Assembly: GCA_964016885.1 (NCBI GenBank)
Contig: OZ024757.1
Coordinates: 20,212,001 to 20,276,000, forward strand
Length of the DNA: 64,000 nucleotides
Origin: Eledone cirrhosa
Lineage: Eukaryota
Direction: 5' to 3'
Part shown: positions 40,914-53,973 of the stretch, one piece after another
How positions within the stretch are numbered: the first letter of the stretch is position 1
How the letters are laid out: each line of letters opens with the position of its first letter
The notes under the pieces: model-generated
The model's database searches: none
What the model was told of the DNA's origin: nothing
What the model saw: only the letters and a program-made list of their open reading frames with translations
Program-made: the position numbers and the translations under genes

Positions 40914-43822
40914 GAGTCACTCCAGATAGAACTGCTACTTCTTTGAACTGAGAGATCACAACTCCAACATTCTGGGCATGTGGTTAGAATGTCTCAGGAA
41001 AGAGTTGCAGGAGTCACTCCAGATAGAACTGCTACTTCTTTGAACTGAGAGATCACAACTCCAACACTCTGGGCATGTGGTTAGAATGTCTCAGGAAAGA
41101 GTTGCAGGTGTCACTCCAGATAGAACTGCTACTTCTTTGAACTGAGAGATCACAACTCCAACACTCTGGGCATGTGGTTAGAATGTCTCAGGAAAGAGTT
41201 GCAGGAGTCACTCCAGATAGAACTGCTGCTTCTTTGAACTGAGAGATCACAACTCCAACACTCTGAGCATGTGGTTAGAATGTCTCAGGAAAGAGTTACA
41301 GGAGTCACTCCAGATAGAACTGCTGCTTCTTTGAACTGAGAGATCACAACTCCAACACTCTGAGCATGTGGTTAGAATGTCTCAGGAAAGAGTTGCAGGA
41401 GTCACTCCAGATAGAACTGCTACTTCTTTGAACTGAGAGATCACAACTCCAACACTCTGGGCATGTGGTTAGAATGTCTCAGGAAAGAGTTGCAGGAGTC
41501 ACTCCAGATAGAACTGCTGCTTCTTTGAACTGAGAGATCACAACTCCAACACTCTGAGCATGTGGTTAGAATGTCTCAGGAAAGAGTTACAGGAGTCACT
41601 CCAGATAGAACTGCTGCTTCTTTGAACTGAGAGATCACAACTCCAACACTCTGAGCATGTGGTTAGAATGTCTCAGGAAAGAGTTGCAGGAGTCACTCCA
41701 GATAGAACTGCTACTTCTTTGAACTGAGAGATCACAACTCCAACACTCTGGGCATGTGGTTAGAATGTCTCAGGAAAGAGTTGCAGGAGTCACTCCAGAT
41801 AGAACTGCTACTTCTTTGAACTGAGAGATCACAACTCCAACACTCTGGGCATGTGGTTAGAATGTCTCAGGAAAGAGTTGCAGGAGTCACTCCAGATAGA
41901 ACTGCTACTTCTTTGAACTGAGAGATCACAACTCCAACACTCTGGGCATGTGGTTAGAATGTCTCAGGAAAGAGTTGCAGGAGTCACTCCAGATAGAACT
42001 GCTACTTCTTTGAACTGAGAGATCACAACTCCAACACTCTGGGCATGTGGTTAGAATGTCTCAGGAAAGAGTTGCAGGAGTCACTCCAGATAGAACTGCT
42101 ACTTCGTTGAACTGAGAGATCACAACTCCAACACTCTGGGCATGTGGTTAGAATGTCTCAGGAAAGAGTTGCAGGAGTCACTCCAGATAGAACTGCTACT
42201 TCTTTGAACTGAGAGATCACAACTCCAACATTCTGGGCATGTGGTTAGAATGTCTCAGGAAAGAGTTGCAGGAGTCACTCCAGATAGAACTGCTACTTCT
42301 TTGAACTGAGAGATCACAACTCCAACATTCTGGGCATGTGGTTAGAATGTCTCAGGAAAGAGTTGCAGGAGTCACTCCAGATAGAACTGCTACTTCTTTG
42401 AACTGAGAGATCACAACTCCAACATTCTGGGCATGTGGTTAGAATGTCTCAGGAAAGAGTTGCAGGAGTCACTCCAGATAGAACTGCTACTTCTTTGAAC
42501 TGAGAGATCACAACTCCAACATTCTGGGCATGTGGTTAGAATGTCTCAGGAAAGAGTTGCAGGAGTCACTCCAGATAGAACTGCTACTTCTTTGAACTGA
42601 GAGATCACAACTCCAACATTCTGGGCATGTGGTTAGAATGTCTCAGGAAAGAGTTGCAGGAGTCACTCCAGATAGAACTGCTACTTCTTTGAACTGAGAG
42701 ATCACAACTCCAACACTCTGGGCATGTGGTTAGAATGTCTCAGGAAAGAGTTGCAGGTGTCACTCCAGATAGAACTGCTACTTCTTTGAACTGAGAGATC
42801 ACAACTCCAACACTCTGGGCATGTGGTTAGAATGTCTCAGGAAAGAGTTGCAGGAGTCACTCCAGATAGAACTGCTGCTTCTTTGAACTGAGAGATCACA
42901 ACTCCAACACTCTGAGCATGTGGTTAGAATGTCTCAGGAAAGAGTTACAGGAGTCACTCCAGATAGAACTGCTGCTTCTTTGAACTGAGAGATCACAACT
43001 CCAACACTCTGAGCATGTGGTTAGAATGTCTCAGGAAAGAGTTGCAGGAGTCACTCCAGATAGAACTGCTACTTCTTTGAACTGAGAGATCACAACTCCA
43101 ACACTCTGGGCATGTGGTTAGAATGTCTCAGGAAAGAGTTGCAGGAGTCACTCCAGATAGAACTGCTGCTTCTTTGAACTGAGAGATCACAACTCCAACA
43201 CTCTGAGCATGTGGTTAGAATGTCTCAGGAAAGAGTTACAGGAGTCACTCCAGATAGAACTGCTGCTTCTTTGAACTGAGAGATCACAACTCCAACACTC
43301 TGAGCATGTGGTTAGAATGTCTCAGGAAAGAGTTGCAGGAGTCACTCCAGATAGAACTGCTACTTCTTTGAACTGAGAGATCACAACTCCAACACTCTGG
43401 GCATGTGGTTAGAATGTCTCAGGAAAGAGTTGCAGGAGTCACTCCAGATAGAACTGCTACTTCTTTGAACTGAGAGATCACAACTCCAACACTCTGGGCA
43501 TGTGGTTAGAATGTCTCAGGAAAGAGTTGCAGGAGTCACTCCAGATAGAACTGCTACTTCTTTGAACTGAGAGATCACAACTCCAACACTCTGGGCATGT
43601 GGTTAGAATGTCTCAGGAAAGAGTTGCAGGAGTCACTCCAGATAGAACTGCTACTTCTTTGAACTGAGAGATCACAACTCCAACACTCTGGGCATGTGGT
43701 TAGAATGTCTCAGGAAAGAGTTGCAGGAGTCACTCCAGATAGAACTGCTACTTCTTTGAACTGAGAGATCACAACTCCAACACTCTGGGCATGTGGTTAG
43801 AATGTCTCAGGAAAGAATTGCT
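40914..43822. repeat. 97-bp minisatellite, about 30 units, derived from an RTE LINE
   Basis: Unit starts at 40914, 41011 and 41108 give a period of 97. Confidence 0.95.
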
Positions 43823-44049
43823 GGACAATATGTCTGGTGAGAAACCAAATCCTTAATAAAATCAAGCAATCCTTTGTAAATCAAATTATACAGATGCAAT
43901 GTACACAGTGTACAAGTCATACTGCCATATTAAGAGTTACAATGTATGCAGTGTGCAAGCCATATTGCTATTTGTATGATAAATGCAACAACAGTAGATA
44001 CAAGAATAGCATAATACAAGTGGAGTAACATTTCAGTGGTGTGATCTTG

Positions 44050-45110
44050 AAACTAACAACAGGAACACACTAACAACAAACTAATAACTACATAAACACA
44101 TTGACAACATTATGGACAAACTAACAACAGTATGAAGAAACTTACATGAACATCAAACTAACAACTAAATGAACCAACTAACAACTTTATAAACAAAACA
44201 GGAACAAACAAAAAACATCAGAAACAGACCAACAACATCAACAAACTAACAACATTAACAACAGACCAACAACAACATCAACAAACTGACAACATTAACA
44301 ACATCAACAAACTAACAACATTAACAGACCAACAACAATATCAACAAATTAACAACAGACCAAAAACAACATCAACAAACTAACAACATTAACAACAACA
44401 TCAACAAACTAACAACATTAACAACATCAACAAACTGACAACATTAACAACAGACCAACAACATCAACAAACTAACAACATTAACAAAGACCAACAACAA
44501 CATTAACAACAGACCAACAACATCAACAAACTAACAACATTAACAACAGACCAACAACATCAACAAACTAACAACATTAACAACAGACCACAACATCAAC
44601 AAACTAACAACATTAACAACGGACCAACAACATCAACAAACTAACAACATTAACAGACCAACAACAACATCAACAAACTAACAACATTAACAGACCAACA
44701 ACAACATCAACAAACTAACAACATTAACAGACCAACAACAATATCAACATACCAACAATAATAACAACAAACTAACATTAACAACAGACTAACAACAACA
44801 TCAACAAACTGACAACATTAACAACAGACCAACAACAACATTAACAACAGACCAACAACATCATCAACAAACTAACAACATTAACAACAGACCAACAACA
44901 ACATCAACAAACTGACAACATTAACAACAGACCAACAACAATATCAACAAACTAACAACAGACCAACATCAACAAACTGACAATAACTTTATAAACAAAT
45001 TAAGAACATGATCAACCTAACAACAGATTTAGAACAACAAACCAACAACTTTATAAACAACTAACAACAATATTATGAACAAACTAACAAGAAGAATGCA
45101 CTAACATCAC
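44050..45110. repeat. (AAC)-rich compound minisatellite
   Basis: Shuffled aacaacatcaacaaact / aacaacatt / aacagacc modules. Confidence 0.9.
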
Positions 45111-48100
45111 AAACAACTTGAGTGTGGAAACTAAAACATGGAGGTCGATCATGCAGGAGGAAGAGAAGGTGATAACATAAATGAAAGGAAGACATGCATA
45201 GAAGGTGATATGGTTGAATGATTTGTTTATAAAGCACATTATTTAGGAGATGGTAGAGAGTCGGACACCATGCTTTGAAGCATAGAGTTAGGTCCCTTTA
45301 TGATCTGAGTTCAAATCCCGCCGAGGTTAACTTTGCTTTTCATCCTTACGGGGTCGATAACATGAAGTACCAGTAATGCACTGGGTATTTGCTGGCCTTG
45401 TGCCTAAAGTAGAAACAATTATTTAGGAGATGCCCGTCCTACCCTCCGCTATCTCCTAAACATGACACAGCCAACTGGGAGTGGTTCCCTAGGGAGGGAA
45501 TCTAGAAATTGCTTTTGAAATATGGGAGTAGGTTAGGAAAGTTTTCAGTTGACATTTGGCCATTGTGTATGTTGTATGTAAGAAGCAGTTTTATATTAGC
45601 TAAGAGGGCACCAAGACCATTAAGTAGTAAAGTACAAAGATCTTTATCTAGGAGAGTGTCAACTAGTAGGGTACCAAGGCCAATAACTAGTAGGGTACCA
45701 ATACCTTGCAATGGGGGACTGGTGTCATGTCCAAAGGGAAGTGTTGTAGTCTCAGTTGCTTAACACCATGGAAACCAGCATAAGCTCCAGTCTGATGAGA
45801 CTCTGAACTTGAGACAGACTTTAGACCATGTATTATATTACTAAATCTTTTCAAATTTTTCATTATTTTCAAAGCATTTAGAATTCATTAAAAATATGGT
45901 AATGAACATGTTAATGATCCTGCCAACCCACCACCCTAAAATTAATAATAATAATAATAAATTCTAGGGAGAGAAAAGGGTCAATTATACATCAATCTCA
46001 GTATATAACTGGTATTCATTTTTTGGAGAGACGAAAGGCAAAGTTAACCATGGCCGGTTTTGAACTAAGAAACCAGAGAATCTAATTTGATATTGTATTT
46101 ACAGTGAATGTATCAGTTGTTTGACCGGGGGAACAGCCTGGTTAACGTAATTCTCAGGGAGATTCAGTGTGACAAGGCTGGTCCTTCCACAGACGTGTAC
46201 TCTTAATGTAGTTCTCTGGGAGATTCAACATGACACAGTCTATAAGAAGGCTGGCCCCTTAAATTACAGGCACAATTCCAGCTGAGTGGACAGGAATATG
46301 AAATAAAGTGTCTTGTTCAAGGACACAACACACTGCTAGGAATCGAACTCACGACCTTAGGAATCATGAGCTGAACACATTAACCACTAAACCACCATGC
46401 ACCATCACAAAAATTCAAGCAACAAACCTCATAAACCATTTACTATGAAGCTAAGAAGCACTGACAACATAAGCATATAAAAAATTATTATTATTATTAT
46501 CATTATTATTTTTACGTGCACCTGCAGCAAATAAGGAACAAGTAAAGACAATGTTTTTTTAAAAAATTCTTTGGACACAAACAACAACTTGAGCAGCTTT
46601 TATCTAATCAAACCAAAAATCGACCAAAAATCTAGCAAATGTGGTTGTTTAACTCTTAACATCCTGTAATGATTTAGACAGAGAATATCTTAAAACAAGA
46701 TTTGTAATTTAACCCTTTAGGGATCTAATAAAGATACTAAAAACATTTGATAGCAAACAGATTTTTTAGATTTTCTGTTCAGGAGGTAAACCCTTTAGCA
46801 TTCACATTATTTTATATATACTATTATATTTTAATGGTAAAGGCTTTACCTCACATAATATCGAATCTATGAGATTTTGAAAGTATTTATTTTGAGAACA
46901 ATACCGTAACATCAGTTTGAGTGACCAGTTACAGCTAGTTTCAACAGAAAAAGGTAGAGAATTCTGGCCGGTTTGAACATTAAAGGGTTAAATGTTTAAA
47001 TATTGTTACTTCTGGAGAGATCTTTGTGAAAAATTTCAGTAAACAAAAGTATAAAGATTTTAATAGTTAATATGATATCACAGGGCTGTTTTGTACTTTC
47101 CAAGAATGCCATGCTAATGTGGTTTGTTAATATCTACAGTATCTTTACTTGTGGACAGATTATTATGAAAACTTAATGTATTAGAGTAAACACTTTAACC
47201 CTTTAGTATTCACATTACTCTATATATACTATTATATTTTCATGGTAAAGGCTTTACCTCACATAATATTGAATCTATGAGATTTTGAAAGTATTTATTT
47301 TGAGAACAATACCTTAACATCAGTTTGAGCGACCAGTTACAGCCAGTTTCAACAGAAAAAGGTAGAAAATTCTGGCCGATTTGAACATTAAAGTGTTAAT
47401 TTTTAATGTAATGCAGGCATAGTGATGTTTTGTATTTTTCAAGAATGTCTAGCTTACATGGTTACATGTAATACAAGGTATTAAGAGTTAAGAGAAATAC
47501 TTAGGAGGTGGGGCGGTCACTCTAAATTGGAGTTTAAAGGTGGGTAAAATTGAAAGGAAGCATGAACAACTTAAATACATAGATACTATCTATATCCCTT
47601 TTTAGTGGTATCCCTCAATCACCTGACCCATTAGGTGATAGAAATTATAACAAACTATTTGGCACTATTTGTTCAAATGTAAAAACTATCAATCTGAGAG
47701 AGAGGACATCTTGAAACTAATCATTAAAAAACTACTAGGATTGGAGATACAATATTTTGTGAAAGATCTACCAACTTCAAAATCTTTGAATATATGGAGG
47801 TTACAAAAAGATTCAGCAACAGAACCTTCTAGTTGCTTTACAGCTCCCCTTGTTTTCCCTTTTTCTGTATCTTTTTTAATGCTTATTTTATCACCCGTTG
47901 GCCTTCCCTATTTAAATTTTATTTTTATTTTAATTTTATTTTAAAAATTTTAATTTTTATATTCATTTATCTCTGTATATCTTTTTTTTGTTTCTCAACA
48001 GTAAGTAAATACTTCCTCTAATCTGTCCTGGTTTACTAGCTCAATAAAGACATTTAAATCGATTAAATAAATAGTAAACGTCAATGGCAATCTCACAAAT

Positions 48101-48476
48101 AAATATACAATAGAATATTGGAACATTTATAAATTGCTTCAGTAAGTTTGTGAAGTAGCATTGGACAGAGATTTAAGGTTGCTTCAACATTGGAAGTTGG
48201 TCTCATATCAGCTACTGGACAGACTAACAGGCTGACCAATGAGCTTTGTTAAAACATATTGAAATACCTCTTGCAAAGTTTTCATCCTTGACTAATGGGC
48301 CAGGCAATCATTTGGTTCTAAACAGCTAAAGAAATGCTACTTCTTTATTATAACTATATATAACAAAATGTAACTTGAAATCAAATATACTGGAGAAAAG
48401 CTATGGCCAGTGCTTTTAAATTAGGATTTACTGCAGAAAAACTTCACAGAAGACATGCTATAGTCTATTTACTTAC

Positions 48477-48500
48477 CTCATTGTCATTCAGTTTACGTGA
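48477..48500 (-). CDS. NAV2: Candidate 24-nt in-frame microexon of neuron navigator (SRKLNDNE)
   Basis: Strong acceptor cctcctattttttctcccag and perfect donor GAG/gtaagt. Phase 0-0 and stop-free, inside the phase-0 intron between GLQ and LYG. No transcript evidence available. Confidence 0.55.
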
Positions 48501-49289
48501 CTGGGAGAAAAAATAGGAGGATGTTGGAAGCAATATTTTCAATCATTTCATAATATAAGCAAATGACAACCATAAACACTGTCAAATGACAGCCCTAAAC
48601 ACCACCAATTGACAGCTTTAAACCAAGATGTTGTTTTTAAATGTATTAGTCCCGAGGGAAGAGGCAGTAACTTTAAAGTTTGCAGGCCCTTCCCAGATTG
48701 TGGCTGTTAGAGAGCTTTAACATCTTCAGTAAAAAGCAAGGACTTATAGCCTGGACGAGATGCTTGCAACCCGGGTAAACTCTGATCAAGGGATAAAAGA
48801 ACCATGTGGTTTAGCCCCATTATCAGCCCTGGGTAGGGTAAGCAGACATATAATTAACCCTTTCATTACTGAAATATTTTGTATTTTAAATAAAGTAATG
48901 AACAATTTTGAAAGAATTTGCTAAAATTATAATTTCATTAAAATGATATTTGTAACATATCAAAATGTTCTTATATATGATTATATTGGAAGGTTTTAAT
49001 CTAAGTAGAAACTCTTTGGTTTGAGGCAAATTAATATGAAAAGGGTTAAAGCCATCATATAATTTATTTTAGATGCTCTCAACCATACTCTCATGTCCCA
49101 CAGACACTTAGCTGTTATCCTTTACACCTACCATCATATTTCTCTGCGCTTTCTACTTTACCATGACACACCACTAATGCTATCCCCTGATGCTGCCCAT
49201 GTTGTTTTCTACTCAACTCCCCTAACAACAAACAACATGTAGCTACCACTGTCACTCACTTTCCCCACTATCAGTGTAAGGTGGGGATT

Positions 49290-49705
49290 AGTCCAGGTAC
49301 AGGTCACTGTGTGGGCTTAAATACTGAGTGGTTAGGGTTCCAGCGCTTGTTAGATGTGGACCATTAACCTCCAAGATTGTTAGTTTGAGGCATAGGTACG
49401 ATTTTTGTGTGTGACCAAACTCAACAGACATAGATCCCACAGTCCAACCAACTCGACCACAGAACAAGACTGCAATTGCTGCCACCAGGAGTGCTCTCTG
49501 GACTCCAAATTCCTAACTACCAATGTAGCATACAAATGTGAGGTCGCCACCAGCATGCAGAGAAAGGTTTGATGGCTAACACCTTCAAATTCCGATTCAC
49601 GCTTGGTGCTGCTGTCGGGATTTTGCATATTTCTATACCCCCCTCAGCATCTCTCCATGCATTGAATGCTCCCATGATTAGCGATCTCCCCAGTCTCAGC
49701 ACCAC
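49290..49705 (-). mobile_element. Decayed LINE AP-endonuclease fragment
   Basis: LIMGAFNA... segment, and a downstream PHLTSAGT / HSDLYLD region. Confidence 0.4.
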
Positions 49706-50369
49706 AGACTCTCTCTTTCTCTCTCTCTCTATATATATCATCATCATCATCATTTAACATCCATCTTCCACGCTAGCATGGGTTAGACATGAGTTGTGCT
49801 TCTTGAGGCAAGGTTGGTTGGGTGACTGTGTCTCGCTCATATAGGACTATATATATATATATATGCAAGCGTGGAAGATGGACGTTAAACGATGATGATG
49901 ATGATGATGATAAAGCTGGGAGGTAATGTCTGTAGTAGGTAGAGCACTCAATCCAAAGGATGAGTTCATGGATAAACCAAAAGTCTAGCCTGGAATGAAC
50001 TAACCCAAATAAAAATTGCCACCCCTACAACAGTCAAATTTGAGTTGTTTCCCTAGTCACCAAACTACCATTGTCTGCCGTGCAGAATCCAGTTAGCTCA
50101 TATTTACCTATATTCTCATTGCAGCCACACACACAGGTTGAAAATATGTCCGGTAAAAAGCACGTCCTCAAGTATGGTTAGCTAATTTATTGTGGAGCTA
50201 ACTCTATATTGCTGTAATATCTATGAGAAGCAGGAGGATGACCCCAATTGCCATATAAAAAATCTAATTGAAGAACATTTCTTGTGTAAAGTATTGTGTT
50301 TAAGTTGCACGTGTCGTGTACTTTTATGTCAAGTATTGTGTGCTCTGTTTCATTCTGTTGTTGATTTGT

Positions 50370-50900
50370 TGGTTGAGGAGTCTACATATAAGCAATGATT
50401 TCTTTATCCTCAACTTGCCCACATTTCTCTCCTTGGCTTCAGTATTGACTGTTATGCTTTTGTTGGTGTTTTTGCATTTGTCAATGTGTTTTTTTAATGA
50501 AGATGTGTGTGTGTGTTGAGGTGTTCTTTAATGAGGATGTGGAGTGGTCAAGTCATACTACCAATGTAGAACACATTGCATTTGTTGCATTAAATCCGGT
50601 ATATCACATGTATCTACTAACACATACTTGTGTCATGGATAGGGTAGTTAGTCAGCATGGATTGGTTGTTGTTGCCACTGTATTGCTTTTTAGATCAGCA
50701 TCCTCGCACTGAAGGGCTGAAGTGAGCTAATTGTATGTTTAGTCCTTCCTTGAGGATGGCTTTGTGAATTGGTGTGGTTATGTTTTCACAGAAGTGTGTT
50801 ACTTTAATGAAGCAGGTCTTATGCCTGCAGGACCTTCGATTCCTAAAAGGATTCACTGTGGATGTCGGGTATCTGTTTGTCTTCAGTACTTCCATGAAGT
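50370..50900 (-). mobile_element. Decayed Penelope-like element, GIY-YIG endonuclease region
   Basis: Reverse complement 50610-50521 reads HVIYRI*CNKCNVFYIGSMT*PLHILIKEH, followed by KHIDKC...LRIKKSLLI...IN and preceded by LKTNRYP. In-frame stops present. Confidence 0.85.
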
Positions 50901-50999
50901 GTGCAGTGTGAGTGATCTGCTCCCCCGTCTTGCTTCATTTACTCCGGATACACATAAGTTCATTTCTTATGTATCCCAATTTTAGCACTATACCAACAG

Positions 51000-51335
51000 A
51001 GACAGTCAAGAAACTACCATCAGTGAACCCACAGACACTTCAAACAATACCAACACTCTTGTCATAGACTTGACAGGATCGCTATCACATGAATAACTTG
51101 AACTCCTCAGTCTTGGCCCAAAATTTATATTGACTCAGTGACTAGATGACAGGATGAAACTAAACTTTGAAGCCAGCTTTTCCCCGAGCTGCCTACCAGC
51201 TCAAATGGCTCTCAGTCATAAACAACACCACCACTACTTTCATGAACACCACTTAATTTCCAATATACTACCTCGACCACCCACTCTCTCCACCTGCCAA
51301 CCGAGAGCTTGACCTCAAACTCTCCAGACTTCAGC
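51000..51335 (+). mobile_element. Decayed PLE N-terminal ORF fragment, opposite orientation
   Basis: VIDLTGSLSHE*LELLSLGPKF resembles the PLE N-terminal VxNLS..LS..E..LL..GPKF motif. Confidence 0.55.
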
Positions 51336-51339
51336 AGTA

Positions 51340-51985
51340 TGTGTGCCAGAGAGATATGAAAGATGTGCTAATTACCAGAGTTACGCCGAGTTCTGACTGC
51401 TACACTGACCATTTGCTCATACGATCTACCCTCAGTGAAGAAAAGAGCGCCACAATTCAAGAAAATAAATGTGTTGATTGCTTCCCCTTGCTGAAGAGGA
51501 AATTTCAGGAAACTCGAAGCAAAACCAACACCATTGTAGCTACTAATGCTGAACCAGAGACTTATTGGCAAGACCTGAAGAGGACATTACAGGACACAAC
51601 AGCAGAAGTAGTGGGTTTCTCTACAAGGTAGAACAAAGATTGGTTCGATGAAAATGATAATGAGATCCAAAAGCTCATTGACAAGAAACGCTCTGCACAC
51701 CGAGGAGTGCCGTCGAATTCCAACAGCCAATCAGCCAGGTCGACATACAGGAAAACCTGCAGCACCCTACAGTGGGAGCTCAGAGAGATTCAGAATAACT
51801 GCTGGAGAGAACAGGCCGAGAGAATACAGCACTATGCGAATACTGGCAAAACCAGGGCCTTCTATGAGGCACTGAGGGAGGTCTATGGCTCCATTTACCA
51901 AACACAAGCCCCTCTCCATTCAGCAGAAGGATCAGCACTACTCAGACAGGCCATCCTGAATCGCTGAACTGAACACTATGGCAAC
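51340..51985 (+). mobile_element. RTE (BovB-like) LINE fragment
   Basis: DVLITRV....C.TDH.LIRS, DWFDEND.EI, FYEALREVYG...APL motifs. Confidence 0.8.
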
Positions 51986-52978
51986 ATGTTTGGGTGCTTT
52001 TATGCCATGGCGCCTACACGTCCACTTTACAGTGTGGGCTGGGTGCTTTTTTGCTGTGGCGCCTACACGTCCACTTTACAGTGGAATGATAGGGACCCCA
52101 GTCCTATCATCTCATTTCTACAGATGAGTAAACTGGAGCAATGTGAAATAAAGTGTCTTGCTCTGAGAATTGAACTCACAACCTTTTGATTGCAAGCCCA
52201 ATGCTCTAAACACTAAGACATGCGCCTTCAACAACGTATGAATAATAAGAATGGTTTCTGATTTAGACATATACCCAACAATTTTGGGGGAAGAGAAAGT
52301 TGATTAAACGACCCCAGTTCATTACTGGTACTTTATTTTATTGATCCTGTAAGGATGAAAAGCAAAGCTAACCTCGGTGGGATTAGAACTCAGAAAATAA
52401 AGGGCCAAATAGTACTACTACAATGACCACTACTAATGATAATAATAGTAATTCTTTCTACATTTGGAAGAAGTCCGGCAATTTGAAGGGAAGGGAAAAG
52501 TTGATTAAACTGACTCCACTGCATTACTGGTACTTTATTTTTGTCATTGACCTCAGAAGGATGAAAGGCAAAGTTGACCTCAGCGAGATTTGAACTCTGA
52601 ACAAAAAGAGTCACATACTACTACCACCACCATCTGACTCTTTAACGGGGGGCAGGAGAGAGTCCCTCAGGTTTTCCTATCCTCAGACATTCCTTCAGTG
52701 AGAATTGTTTTCTTTTCTAGTTTTTTTTTAAATTTTTATTTGTTTTTAACCAATCTGACATCAGAATCACTGACCAATGACTCCTTTTCCCCCAAAATAG
52801 AGGCGAGGAAGGTGGGAAACCCTCGGAATTAGCGAAGCACCTCTCAGCCATTTAAATTTATAGAATAGCATCTGGTGGGGATCACAAAGAAATTTTTTTC
52901 TTTTAGTTAGAATATATATTGGAGTTTTGGAGGGAAAAAAAAAAATGGAAAGAAATGGTTTCTAATGTAATGGCTTAC

Positions 52979-53097
52979 CTGTAAACCTCCTTTTACAGCC
53001 TCTAACAGGTAAGGAACTATGGAATAATTCCACAAATCAGTGAACCATGCTTGGGATCCTGATATATCCATTGGACAGCACAAGAACAATCTCGGAC
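52979..53097 (-). CDS. NAV2: Neuron navigator exon (GPRLFLCCPMDISGSQAWFTDLWNYSIVPYLLEAVKGGLQ)
   Basis: ttccatttaag / gtaag; 119 nt, phase 1-0. WFTDLWNYS.VPYLLEAV motif. Confidence 0.95.
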
Positions 53098-53150
53098 CTT
53101 AAATGGAAATTTAGTCATGTGTTAACAACTTAGATTATACAGATGTGTGA

Positions 53151-53188
<38 letters not shown>

Positions 53189-53291
53189 GAGTATATGTTC
53201 CTACACGCACAAGGCGCTAAGGGACACATGTATTGTCCAACCATATGCCAATGTGGTTCAATGGGAGGTTAATAAATTAACGAGCCAGAAC

Positions 53292-53508
53292 ATATATAAT
53301 CAAGGTTTAGCAAATAAGAAAAAGTTTCAAAATAAATTAAAAAAAATTAACTTTACTTACTATAGTTACCTTTACCGAATCGGTTTCGAGTCTCAAAAAT
53401 AAACGGAGACTCGAAACCGATTCGGTAAAGGTAACTATAGTAAGTAAAGTTAATTTTTTAAAATTTATTTTGAAACTTTTTCTTATTTGCTAAACCTTGA
53501 TTATATAT
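53292..53508. repeat. Near-perfect inverted repeat (about 100-bp arms) containing a hammerhead 3' half
   Basis: Arms meet at GAGTCTC-(11 nt)-GAGACTC, followed by GAAA-CCGATTCGG-TA. Confidence 0.8.
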
Positions 53509-53689
53509 ATATATATATAGCAGTAATAATAAATACAAAGACCAAAATTCCAAGAAGACTCGATAAGGGTTGGATATAGATAGGCATATATAAACACACA
53601 CCCTACTAATATTGTCTTCGTACCCGACACTTCATTGGATCATGAACCCCACTGGCACGTGGGAGAGTACCCAGGTAGAAAACTAACCC

Positions 53690-53960
53690 CTTAACAACAT
53701 GATGATACAAACAAGAAGTAAATCATACCGCATCGGTCGTCACATGGATTACCAAGGACCATGTCCCTCAGCCAGGAACCACACTGAGGCCGAAAAATCA
53801 GCAAATGGAACAACCCTCTGGAAGGTTTACTGCACACAGTGAAACAATTAAGTGATGACATCCATGTGGAATTTGGACAAGGCAAGTGTGCAAAAGCCAC
53901 ATTCAAGAGAAGGGCTGCTCTCATAAAGATATTGTCACAGACCAACAAACTACCATAAAA
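53690..53960 (+). mobile_element. R4/Dong-like RT fragment
   Basis: LEGLLHTVKQLSDDIHVEFGQGKCAK resembles LL..VK.FS.DI.M.FG..KCA. Confidence 0.5.
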
Positions 53961-53973
53961 GAACTTAAATATA

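Noticed and set aside
40914-43822. CRISPR-like regular arrays (also 28151, 32790, 60022)
   Set aside because: No unique spacers, no cas genes, eukaryotic context; these are plain tandem repeats.
45790-45825. CTGATGA...GAGA motif
   Set aside because: Lies within an old SINE-like repeat; stem II and GAAA are absent.
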